Positions 11,654 through 23,980 of a stretch of DNA of 64,000 bases are shown one piece after another. A model generated the notes under the pieces. It ran no database searches, had not been told where the DNA came from, and was given only the letters and a program-made list of their open reading frames with translations. Within the stretch, counting starts at the first letter, position 1, and each line of letters begins with the position of its first letter. The stretch lies in NCBI GenBank assembly GCA_053919585.1, contig CM132786.1; one strand, 5' to 3'. The stretch is from Euprymna scolopes (lineage: Eukaryota). Made by a program: the position numbers and the translations under genes.

Positions 11654-13229
11654 TAAGAACGAGCAATTAGTTTTTTTTGTAAAACTTTATTTACATGTGT
11701 AATAGGAGCTGCATGATAAATTTATTTTGTATGCATACGCAATATCTTGCGCAATATCTTGTTGAGTTGTTATAAAGCTTGGCACATGTGGAGTAATATT
11801 TGGACTTAGAATACAGCTGTGGAGATGCAACTCCAATTTCAATTCTGAGAGTTGGCACCAAAAGATAATTCAGTTTCCGAGTAGATTTCGTCATGACAAG
11901 ATGTACTATCATGTTCTCATCCTTTGCTAGGAGCAGCCAGGCAATATGGAACTCTAGCATACCACATTCTGTTGGTGCTAAAACCAGCTTACCAAATAAC
12001 TCTCTTTATATTTGATTGATACTTTAGTACAAATGTTAGTATTTTCACGGAAGAATGTGACCCTTTTCTTATTCTATATTCAATTTCATTCAGGTACTTC
12101 CAGACACGACTCATGCTACCCAGTGGCTTTCTTCATTCTGACCTTCTTCCAGGCCAATCATCTTAAGTAAGATTTAACTTGTATATTTGTTTTTGTTTTT
12201 GCGTTTGTTTTATGGTTTTCTTTTGGTAATTCTTATCTCGATTAGATGTTTTATTTTTTACAGTACAGCAGAAAATCAGTTGTTATTGATAAAAATAAAT
12301 TATTTACTATTTCCTGGCCAACGCAATGTAACCTTAACAGTTTTAAATAATAGGCATTTCATTTATAACTTTGCTGATAATTTCAAAGTAGATTTATTCA
12401 TAAAAGATTAATGTAGTTTGCTTGAAACATTGTTTAACGTGTTTATAAATGTAATTAATTGAAGGCAATACAATGCAAAAGTGTACCGGATCGGCACAAA
12501 TTGAAACAACATAAGATTGTAACGGTGGAATGTGTTATGCAAATCCATTTTTGTTAATAAAATAATGTATGTATATGTTTTGATATGTACTTTTATATCA
12601 TTGTATTATATTCTTTCATCAGTGTGATCTAACAGAAATTGCATATGATATTTCGATGAATTTTTTTTCATCAGATATGTGCTCAACTTTTGTTCAGATG
12701 TACATATGGAGGCTGTTGTAAACGGGGGCAGGTTAGCAGAAATTGAAATCGATTTGAGATTAAAATTCTTTTTTAAAATTTTGCTTAAATTCCATTGTAA
12801 TTCTTTTGTAATGTAAGGAAAGAAAGAAGAAATTAATTTTTCTTTTCACTTACAACTTGTCGAAAATCAAGTCAGTTTCTCTAAATTTGAATACAAATGC
12901 AACATATTTATCCAGAAAATCAAATAATGTTCCGAAATAGAACTATTTATTATATTAAAATCAAAACAATTATTGTTTATTGAAATAATTTCTGGTTTTA
13001 CAAACTCTCACTTGAAATGAACTTAATCACATGCTTCAGCTATATATTATTCGTTGGATTATATGTTTGCTTTTTGTATTTAGTTGTCTTCTACTTCTTT
13101 TTCCTCTACTTTTTTCTGCACCGACAGTCAATACCAAAATGGATGACAGTTTAGGATCTGCCTAACTAAAGAACCAAGACGCAATGTATTCATTAATTCA
13201 CTGTATTTTATGCTTTCGAGGCCTACACT

Positions 13230-14960
13230 TAATAAGTACAGGCTTTGCTTTTGGCCCAGTCGTGCATGCATGGTTCCATTTCTGCATCTACTCTACCAGT
13301 TTTGTATGAAGGCCAGTGACATGAATACTGGGTCGATATTCTTTATCCTAACCTCATATCTGTAGATCCCATTAGCAGTTGCAGTCAATAACGATGTAGC
13401 GTCCTACGACGCAACGTTGTGTGAATACATTGCTTCCTGAATAAAGCATCTCTTTCTAGTTGAAATCTGCTTAATACTGCAGTGGCATCGTTCTATGATG
13501 TCATTGTTTGCTGATATGTAGTGACACCGAAACCACAGGTATACTCCTCAGATAGTGGAAAACTCCCTAACTTCCCACTAACTAATGCAGTGTCATTGTA
13601 AGTAAGCAGTTCCTGCAGTGAGCCTTGCTTAAAGAATATTGATTCAAAATGCTGAATGATGTTTCCAGAGTGCTGGCACAACAACCGCCATCGAATGGTA
13701 AAGCATACTGAACCGCAATTAGTAATTATCATAGCAATTAGTAACTATCATAGCAATTAGTAACTATCATAGCAATTAGTAACTATCATAGCAATTAGTA
13801 ATTATCATAGCAATTAGTAACTATCATAGCAATTAGTAACTATCATAGCAATTAGTAACTATCATAGAAATTAGTAATTATCATAGCAATTAGTAATTAT
13901 CATAGCAATTAGTAATTATCATAGCAATTAGTAACTATCATAGCAATTAGTAATTATCATAGCAATTAGTAATTATCATAGCAATTAGTAACTATCATAG
14001 CAATTAGTAACTATCATAGCAATTAGTAACTATCATAGCAATTAGTAACTATCATAGCAATTAGTAACTATCATAGCAATTAGTAACTATCATAGCAATT
14101 AGTAACTATCATAGCAGTTAGTAATTATCATAGCAATTAGTAATTATCATAGCAATTAGTAACTATCATAGCAATTAATAATTATCATAGCAATTAGTAA
14201 TTATCATAGCAATTAGTAATTATCATAGCAATTAGTAACTATCATAGCAATTAGTAACTATCATAGCAATTAGTAATTATCATAGCAATTAGTAACTATC
14301 ATAGCAATTAGTAACTATCATAGCAATTAGTAATTATCATAGCAATTAGTAATTATCATAGCAATTAGTAACTATCATAGCAATTAGTAACTATCATAGC
14401 AATTAGTAACTATCATAGCAATTAGTAATTATCATAGCAATTAGTAACTCTCATAGCAATTAATAATTATCATAGCAATTAGTAACTATCATAGCAATTA
14501 GTAATTATCATAGCAATTAGTAACTATCATAGCAATTAGTAATTATCATAGGAATTAGTATCATAGCAATTAGTAATTATCATAGCAATTAGTAATTATC
14601 ATAGCAATTAGTAACTATCATAGCAATTAGTAACTATCATAGCAATTAGTAATTATCATAGCAATTAGTAACTATCATAGCAATTAGTAACTATCATAGC
14701 AATTAGTAACTATCAGGAAATGTTTGCCATTACAGTGAGTTATATTCATCCCTAACCTTTTAGATTTTACCGCTAATCCTCATTTTGTCTAATGAACTGG
14801 GCTGGATCAATTATTCAACATCTTCTAACAGCTGACCTCACATCTGTTTTGGTAATTGTTGAGCATGACTGCCACATGAAATATGCAACATGTCGGATGT
14901 TTTGATGTCCACTATTCTAATGTACTTCCATGATCTGCTTAGTTGTCATAAAACGGTTAC
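13230..14960 (-). mobile_element. Possible hAT-type transposase relic interrupted by a minisatellite
   Basis: Minus-strand SCGSH (CxxH-like, ~14862-14880) upstream of TIRW (TRW-like, ~13690), the order found in hAT transposases. Very decayed. Confidence 0.35.
13715..14715. repeat. 19-bp minisatellite (TAGCAATTAGTAAYTATCA), ~52 copies
   Basis: Directly visible period 19; two main variants (AACT/AATT). Confidence 0.98.
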
Positions 14961-15699
14961 CACACATGTAAAAGCAATAGAAAATTAATTGTTATTGATA
15001 AAATAAATTATTTACTACTCCCTGGGCATCGCTGAGTAGTCATCATAGTTTTAAATAATATACATTTTATTCATAACTTTGGTTGTATATACAAAACACT
15101 AACATTTTGATAATTTCCAAGCAGAAAGAACAGACCTATTCACCTTTTCATTTGCAACTTGTTGAAAATCAAGTTAGAGAAAAACATTTAAACAAACATG
15201 CAAAATAGTTGTTAAATTAATTATGAAACACAACTAATTTTTATAATAAAATCAAAACAATCATTGACCTTAAAACTAAATAAGAAATAATTTTTATTTA
15301 TTTTTTTTATATTTTCAAATTTTTTCAATTTGAATTCTTTTTGAGGTGTCTCTTGCTAGTTCACTGTTTCATCCATATGAGTCTATTTTTAAGATATAAT
15401 TTTTCTATGGTTTTGTTCTTTCATAGATTATCAAGCGTTGGTTTTGCTATTTGTAAATTAGTTTATGCTTCATTTAATGGTATTAAAATAACATTTTCTA
15501 AGATGAGTATGGTGTATCCAGATACTCTATAGCTGTGAGTTGGGAATTTATTAAAAGTGTATGACTTCAACGATACGTGTTTGTCACAAAGTATTCCACA
15601 TAATTATTACTGTTTTATTATGGGGTTAATTCCGAGCTATATTTGATTTGGAATTATCATCAGTGAATAGTTTTAAAATCCACTAATCTTTAATTCTAT

Positions 15700-17420
15700 T
15701 TTTTTGTCAAACTGTACAGAATTTCGAACTGAACCTTTATTTACTCCACAGAAGAAGCATGTTGTCATTCTGTCAGCCACGACGACCAGATAGAAGTCTT
15801 AAGTAATTCACAATAGTATCATTAGCATCGCTTGCATTGAGAACTGAACCTTTATTTACTCCACAGAAGAAGCATGTTGTCATTCTGTCAGCCACGACGA
15901 CCAGATAGAAGTCTTAAGTAATTCACAATAGTATCATTAGCATCGCTTGCATTGAGAACTGAACCTTTATTTACTCCACAGAAGAAGCATGTTGTCATTC
16001 TGTCAGCCACGACGACCAGATAGAAGTCTTAAGTAATTCACAATAGTATCATTAGCATCGCTTGCATTGAGAACTGAACCTTCAACCTTCAGATCCTGTG
16101 GCATATTGAATATAGTACCAAATAATATTCAGTTCCAAGTGACACTATCCTAGAGGTGAAAGGTTCAATCCTCAATGCAGGCGATACTAAGAGTACAATT
16201 GTGAATATTTAAGATTTTTTGGCCTGAAATTGGGAACATGTATTTTCCAAGACGATTGGAAAATGGACACCCACACATGTTACTTTATTAAGTTTCCACA
16301 TCTAATCCATATACACTATTAGATCACATTTATTGCTGAATATAATTTCCTTGCTAGATGCAAGTATGGTTTTCTTTCATTATTGCAGAGGTAAGGTTGC
16401 TTTTATTTATGAGTTATTCAATAACCTGGAAGCGTTTGGTTGTCTCATTTTTTATTTTAGTTGTTTTATTAGATAGTTTACTTCAGATTGGTTGATGTTC
16501 TGATTTGGCAATATATGAATGGAGCAAACGTTTTTGTTTTGTATAATGATGCCAACTTAGCAATTGGCTGCATAATTGTGTTCAGAGAAATCTGGTTTTG
16601 TCCAATGTTATTCTAGGCAATTATCGATGTTCTGCCTAATCAATATTTTTTGTTTATATAAGATGAGGTTTCATGTGTTCTGTTTATGTTAGAATTTCAT
16701 TAAGAGATAGTTTCCTTAAAGAATATTTCATGCAAACACATGACTATCAAACATATTTTCATATCAAAACTCAATTTTTGTGCTTTTGCACCTATAATAT
16801 TTAACTGAATTATTCTATTATACAAATTAAGCAAAACAAACTTAATCTTTGAAATTTTTGAGATGAGGATTAATAATCTGTATTATTTGGATAATTCGGA
16901 CTACTGTTCTCATCTTAAGTATTATTCTCACAACGTTTTGGCTGATCTAACTTCTCGACCTTCTTTAGGTGTATCTTTTTGAATCTTTTTGTCAAACTCA
17001 GTAATCTGTACAGAATTTCAAGCTGAACCTTTATTTACTCCACAGAAGAAGCATGTTGAATATTGAATAAAGTACCAAGTAAAATTCAGTTCCAAGTGAC
17101 ACTGTCCTAGAGGTGAAAGGTTCAATCCTCAATACGGGCGATACTAAGAGTACAATTGTGAATTATTTAAGATTTTATACCAGTTCATGGCTGATGGAAT
17201 GAGAACATGCTATCTCTGTGGATTGAGTAAAGAGTTCAGTTCAAAATTAAGTAAACAGTTCAGTTCAAAATTATGTGCAGTTCAGTTCAAAATTATGTAC
17301 AGAAATATTCCCAAGATTGACAATAATATTTGTGAGTTCAGGGTAGAGTTTACATCATCCGAAATGTTGTGAGAATTACACTCCATATGAAAACAGTAGT
17401 TCAGATAATCCAAATCATGA
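15700..17420. mobile_element. Penelope-like / palindromic element relic with inverted pseudo-LTR-like repeats and a degenerate hammerhead motif
   Basis: Inverted repeats 16025-16090 vs 16150-16215 and ~16890-16940 vs ~17360-17412. 16100-16215 is duplicated at 17060-17175. Minus-strand acacctaaagaaggtcgag...cagccaaaacgttg at 16931-16975. Confidence 0.5.
15726..16080. repeat. Three apparently identical 115-bp tandem copies
   Basis: Units start with gaactgaacc at 15726, 15841, 15956, and partially at 16071. Confidence 0.97.
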
Positions 17421-19899
17421 AAAATATATTTGTTTCAAGTTTCATTTTATTTTAAAAAAATTATATCACGTTTTCTTATAAGTGTTGGTATAATTCCAAG
17501 ATTACCATCATTAAAAAGGTATTGTGTAACAATGTTAAAAGGCCATTGGTTATAAATGATATCAACACGTATCGTTAACACTGATAGCTTGAATTTTGAT
17601 GCAACACTGTTACAATAAACTTCTTGTAGTTCATTGTTACAATAAAATCCCCATCATACGGAGGAGATCTTATTTAGACTACGAATACTATGTAATTTAG
17701 AATACCAAAAGATTATATAGTTGAGATTGAGAACAGTAAAAGCAAGCTTAAGTTAAATTAGCAAATATGTCAATTTGATGGGTCAATTATAAAAGCATAC
17801 GAGTAGCTTCATTTTGTCACATTGCATAAAATAAGCCACAGATTCTGCTTTATGTTTAGTCAGATTCGTCCACACACCTGGTGAGAAGCTTAGAGGTTAT
17901 CAAGTACACTCATTAAGAAATATCAGAAAAAATGAGTATCAGAGGAAACTAATCAACTCTGGTGCCACACATGCATATCTCTTCGTCATATTCCTTCATT
18001 TTATCTTTTATTTATAGGCCAAGAAGCCGAGTTTATGACATTACATTTACCAAATTAAATTAATGAGATAATAGTGGAAAAAAGCTGAACAGTTAGAAAA
18101 CTCTGACTCGAGTTCAAAATAAAACGAAAATATTACCCACTTTCAGAAAATTGAATTTGTGATCGTTTGTTGTAGCAAAATTACAAAAATTAATAGAACA
18201 GGGCCTTCTTGAACATGTTACGTTTGGGGACAGAAAATAGGTATCAATCATTGTAGTTTTAAACCGACATACCCCCAAATGCTAATAGACAATAACTTAA
18301 AAGAGGTAAAAGCGATAAATGTGACAATAAAGTTACTGAAATGAAATAGAATGCCATATGGAATAAAAGTAGCAAAAAAATTAAATAAATTAAGAAAATA
18401 AATAATAAAAAGAAATGCGTGAAAAAGTACTAAAATATCAATTTTAGGTTATTTCATGTTAAAAGAGCAACTCTTAATAAAACAATACTGCAAATATTAA
18501 AACATACAAATAAAAAAGAAATTGAATTTGTTTAGATTGGTAGATTTTTCTGGCAATAATAAATCGTCTGCACATTCAAGAAAAAGGAATGGTGAATTCA
18601 TCTAGTCAGAGTGACAACAAAAGGCTTATTTTACGGTAGATTTAATTATTATAAATGAAAAAATAGCGACACAGAGAAGAAAAATTAAATACAGAAAAAA
18701 AGTAAGACCAAAAAGAAACAGAAAAATATTAACTACCGACAAAACATATTAAGAAAAAGAGACAGAAAAAATAAAATATAAATGCAAAATAATGAGAAAA
18801 AGAGACAGAGAAAAATATGGAGTGAGAATTCTAAAAAATATAAACGGAGAAGAAGATAATTCAGAAACTGAAACACTCATCAAAACTGCAAGATCTACGA
18901 GGGGCATAAATACTTTATATTTCAGGGAAATGCAAATATGATTGGTTATTTAATAAGCCTAATTAGCATAAGATTAGGAAATATTTATCTGCCTGAAAAG
19001 AAGCTAAGAAGATGATTGAGTAGCTACAACAAGGCTAACCTTATACTTTTCAACAGGTGACGTAGGTGAGATCGAGAATAATAAAAGCAACCATAATTTT
19101 AAATAGAAATACAAATATGGTTTCTCTCTATTTAATTTTACTTGACGTTCTCAGAAATCAAGAGTCCCCTTCCTGGTGCTAATAATTGATCTCTATATGA
19201 GATTTATAGAAATTCGAATGTTCCATTAAAGTTCTATACCTCTCAAACACTGAGTTAGTAAAGAAATTAAGAACATAAGTTCCCTTTCCTCAATTGACCA
19301 TTTTCATATATATCATAGTATATCTTTCTTGTGGATTCTTGGTCTTACTGGATTCCAGAGCAAGAATTTATCTAGTTTGATGGGATATCCGGCTTCATGC
19401 TATTACTTGAGGAAACATCACTTGGAGAAGGTGCACCATTCGTCATAAAAGCCATTGTTGGCTAACAATATGGAGGAGATCTAATTTGGGCTACGAATAC
19501 TATGTAATTTTGAATATTTAGTCAGGGCTTACTTATTGGGAAAAGTATTCTCATGCCAGTGTGTCCTGACAAGCTACTGTACCTTATACACTCGAGGATA
19601 GTGTCTACTAGGCGTTCAAGTTCTCTCAGTAATAGTTAATATTATGACTATTAAAAACTGGTATAAATGGATTAAAAATACTAAAAGCATTTCAAATTAC
19701 TATAAACCGTCATAGTTAACAGTGGAAATATTGTAGTAATGAAAGGTAAGATGGGATATGTTTAAGCATGGTTGAAATAATTTATTAGAAATACAAATTA
19801 GAAATACAAAAATCTGCGAATTAGAAACACTAAAAGCAGATATAGTTAAGAATGTAATCAATAAAGCACCTATTAGTTAAAATAAGAAATACTTTTTGT

Positions 19900-20800
19900 A
19901 GAGGCCAGTCACCTGGGTGATCGGTTTAACAACTAAGAAAATAGACAGAGACAAGAAGTAATGACAATAGTAAAAAAGAGACGAGAAAAATAAAAGAACA
20001 ATTTAAAAGGAGGAATAAGGCTTAAAGACCTGAACTTTGAAACTAGACAACAAAAACGATTAGGTGAGCAGTATTGACGTTTTTGCAACCTGGATAGCAG
20101 GAAAGGCTTACAGAGCAGGTATGAGATCTCTGGAACTTGGGCCACAGGAAAGGCTGGATTAAGAGAAATGACATTTCTTGCAGCTGAACAGTAGAAAGGG
20201 TCCACAGAAATGATGTTTCTTGGGCCTGGATAGCAGGAAGAACTGGATTGACAGGAATTAATAACCATGACAGTAAGAAAAAGCTCGATAAACAGATATG
20301 GCATCTCTGCAACCTGAATAAAAGGAATGACATCTCTGGAAACCAGGCAGCAGCAGTTTTATGTTGAGGTCGCCGAGGTTTAATGATGTGCCTCAGATAG
20401 GTCGGGTCATTTTGGATATGACCAGGAACGGAATCAGCAGGAACCAGCAAGTGTAAAATGTTGCTGGAAATTTAAAAGGCAGAACATTAATGGATACTGG
20501 AAAGAACAGGATATTAATGGGTATTTAAAAGGTAGGAGTCGGAGCTGCAGAACAGGAAACAGTGAAGGAGCAGGGGTCAGAGTAGGATTAGGTTGGAAAC
20601 AGGTAAACATCTCAGGAAATAGAAAATAGCAAAAAGTGAAGGTTTGATCGAATTGTAGTATATTGAAAGTTGCCCTAAAAAGAGAAATTTTATCGCATTA
20701 AGTAGTTAGTAGAAAGTAGTTGTCCTAAAAATAAACAACAATGACTGGTTGAGCGTATGAAGGTTTAACATAGATGACGTGCTACCTAATCGTATTTATA
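19900..20800. mobile_element. Unclassified GC-richer interspersed element with internal subrepeats
   Basis: Abrupt compositional shift; repeated gacatctct/ggatagcaggaa motifs; similar in style to 34690-35300. Confidence 0.35.
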
Positions 20801-21376
20801 TTAGTCTCAGCCAGTGCTTAAAGTTTGGTATACCCTCTAGTCGTAAAAAATGATTTGGAGAAACCAAAAAGCTATAAGTGTTTGGATGACAGAATACTTG
20901 TGTTTCCTTTCATAGGGAAATCCTTCGGTAATTATCATTGTTTTTTCTTTTTTATTTTTCATAGGAAATGAATAATTGTAATTTTTCGTTTAGGGGCATG
21001 GGTAACGCGTTGTTTTTTTTTTTTTTTTTTTTTAAATAAGAGCGGTTTAAGGCACAGTGACATACTAAAAGAATGCCATAGATGAAATTGAAAATAATTA
21101 AGCAGTAATGTTTGATATTATAAATACTAAAAGAAACCATAGTTGAGATTATAGATGGCGAAATAGACATGAGTGAGATAGAAAAGTGCCCATAGTTTAG
21201 ATTGGAAATACTAAATACAACCACAAGTGTATTAGAAACATAGAAAATGCAATCATATAACTACTAAACATAGCCATGCATCAGGCATAAGTTTATCTGG
21301 AAATACTAAAATCTATCATAAAATAATAAACCACCCATTGTTCATATAGAAAATACTAATAGGAGCAATTAGGTTA

Positions 21377-21445
21377 AATTGTATCTATATATAAATTGTA
21401 TCTATATATAAATTGTATCTATATATAAATTGTATCTATATATGA
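21377..21445. repeat. 17-bp tandem repeat (AATTGTATCTATATATA) x4
   Basis: Directly visible. Confidence 0.9.
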
Positions 21446-22703
21446 ATTTGTAAATACTAAAAATAGTCACAATTGAGATTAGAAATATTAAAAGCAGTCA
21501 AAGGTTATAATAGAAATACTTAAAGAAGTCTTTGACTGAGACTTATGACATTATATAAAGGAAATAAATCTATTAAGGTAAAATAATAACTATAGTAATT
21601 CTTTTTTTGGTGGTAATTTGATACCAAAAACCTATAATTATTCTTTTAGCTGTAGAGAAGTTATTGAACAAAAAATATTGTTTTATTGAATGAAAGTGGA
21701 AATGGACTTACATTTTCCAAATGAATAATGCTGTAATGTTATATAAATCCAACTAAAATTTTAACTTATTTTACTGATTCCAAGCCATAGTCTGTAACCT
21801 TTAAGCCATCTGTCTCCCCGCCACCAGTAATGAGTTTTACACAAGTGAAATACTGACGAGATAAATTATTCACTTGTATTTAAATTGTTGGAAATCTATT
21901 GAATACAAAAGTCTGAAGTATTTTTGAAACAATGGAAAGAAAAAAAAAACTTTGAAACAAATGAATCTTTCAGTGCTTTTAATAAAATGCCAGGAAATTG
22001 TTAAAAAGGTTACATTTTTTTGGATTGTTGAAAGTCTCCTGAATGTAAGAATCAATTAAAGTAAAAAGAATAAAACATTGTTTTAATTGCTTAACCGATA
22101 TATTCTATCGAAAACATTCTATACATATATTATTATTTTAGATTAAAAGTGCATGGCCATTTTTTTTATTGCTTTTATTTCATTATTGTAAATATTTTGG
22201 GGGCAGAATTTCTTCAATTTATTTTCTGCTTCATACATTTTTTAAAGTAATTGAGGCAAAGACGTTTCAAAACAACATATCAACTCCAGCTGTTACACAC
22301 CTAATGCCAAAGGGGTTGAGACTCGGATTTCAAACAGATCCTGAATCTGGGATTGAAAAGATATTTGCTTCTGGTGATTTCGATCACAACGATAAGCTTA
22401 ATTCTCATGGTCAAAAATTATTCTAGCATGAAAATTAAAGGGAGCTATGCAGATTTATTCAGAGATAAATACTTTGGAATAGGATAAAACTGATTGTCAC
22501 GGATTGATACAAAACTGGTGGACGAAATCATACATAGTAATCAGTTATAGAAATTCATGTATATCATTGTTTTAGAAAGATGCCCTAAAAATCATGATAC
22601 TTCAGAAAAAAAAAAAACAGATTGGAAACAAAATGCCAATAAGAACGTAACTATAGAAACCAGGAAGCTTATCTTATTTAGGAGCAATGATTATTATGAC
22701 TGA

Positions 22704-23381
22704 CTAGCAGGGAGACCCGATGTTGTCCGAGATTGAATGATGATCAACGAATATTTCACACTCCTATATTTTTATTGTCATCGAAATCCGTGAAATCGCC
22801 CGGGAGGAAGCTTCACGTGCTTCTATGCAATAACTTAGTTCAAAATACGTTATTCTACATTGCACTCTAGAGAACCTACTGTTTCTTTTATAAAATTATT
22901 TTATATAAACTTCTTTCCAGTTAACGAAAAAAAAAGCATTAAGAAATTTATGTGCGGACCAAATTAAACACATAAATTTTCAAGCCTTATAGAATTCTTT
23001 ACAGTTAATGAAAAAGAAATTAAGAAATTTACATGCGGAGTTTGAACCTACAGACCACGTCATGCAAACAAACAAACAAAAAAAAAACACGCTATCAACT
23101 TACTCACAATAGAATTTTCACGACCTGTTGTTCTATCATTGTTGCTAAGCGATGACATGGGAACAATGGCTTTACCGATGATAAATTAAAATAACTGTTT
23201 CGATTATTGATTGTTGGTAATTATATGGGGTATTCTGAGTCAAATCCTAATTAAGATCATTCCCAGACTTATACACTAAAGATCTGTAAATTTTAAAGAA
23301 AATCTGTTCAGCCGTTTTGGAGTCTATAAGGAACGAATTTTCAAACACGTACACAACGTTGCATTTATATCATTGTAGAGA
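22704..23381 (-). mobile_element. Non-autonomous Helitron (H5)
   Basis: Minus-strand 3' degenerate hairpin plus CTAG|T at 22704; 5' TCTCTACAATGATATAAA. A homologous 3' part lies at 34126-34378. Confidence 0.8.
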
Positions 23382-23479
23382 TACTTCTTTTGAATTGCAA
23401 CAGTAGTGGTCTTATTTATATCATTCATGCACATTGAACTGTTACCCGTTCCAATTTGGTTAAAGTAAATGCAGTTTTT

Positions 23480-23980
23480 AATAAGGTTACAATTCTTCTA
23501 TATTATTAACTCCTATTAACTATACTAAATCTCGATAATTTATTTGTCATAATCCTAGATCAATAATTGAAGAATTAATTATGATATCTAACGATACGCA
23601 TAGAGAAACTTCTGAAAAGATCTTACATTTTTGCTAACTCTGAAAATTATGCAGCCAGTAAAGAATAGCTGCACTGAAAGAACAGCTGCCTTCAATGTTT
23701 GTTTATCTCTGACTGATGAGCCCTTAGATGATTCTACAAGACTACAAGAATTAACCAATTAACAGGACCCACCAGGCATTGTCAGGAAAAATCAATGAAA
23801 CTGTTGTTTCTACCTCTGAACTCATATCTTATTCTATTTTTTACTTAAATTGTGATGTTCTTTATGTATTAAATTTATAAATACATGTAAACCTTATTTA
23901 GTATTATTTTATTAAATCTTCGAAGTGATGTATTCAGTCGAAATGCAGTCAGTGCAGCAATTTTAATGTGTTTATGATTT
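23480..23980 (+). mobile_element. Possible Penelope-like 3' relic
   Basis: PRSIIEELI (resembles the end of a GIY-YIG domain) and gtgatgtattcagtcgaaatgcagtc, which resembles a decayed hammerhead-bearing PLE terminus. Confidence 0.3.

Larger units (their letters stand above)
9146..13146 (+). pseudogene. Candidate small spliced Cys-rich gene or pseudogene (Ly6/three-finger-like?)
   Basis: Phase-compatible GT-AG exons 9146-9149 (or -9161), 12094-12166, 12698-12731 and 13084-13146, plus a disrupted Cys-rich segment at 12464-12566. Confidence 0.3.

Noticed and set aside
13715-14715. CRISPR-like array
   Set aside because: Contiguous 19-bp units with no unique spacers, no cas genes, and a eukaryotic context.
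15726-16080. CRISPR or repeat-spacer array
   Set aside because: The whole 115-bp units are identical; there are no variable spacers.
23700-23810. Intact hammerhead at ctgatgag (23713)
   Set aside because: No stem II closing onto a nearby GAAA could be formed.
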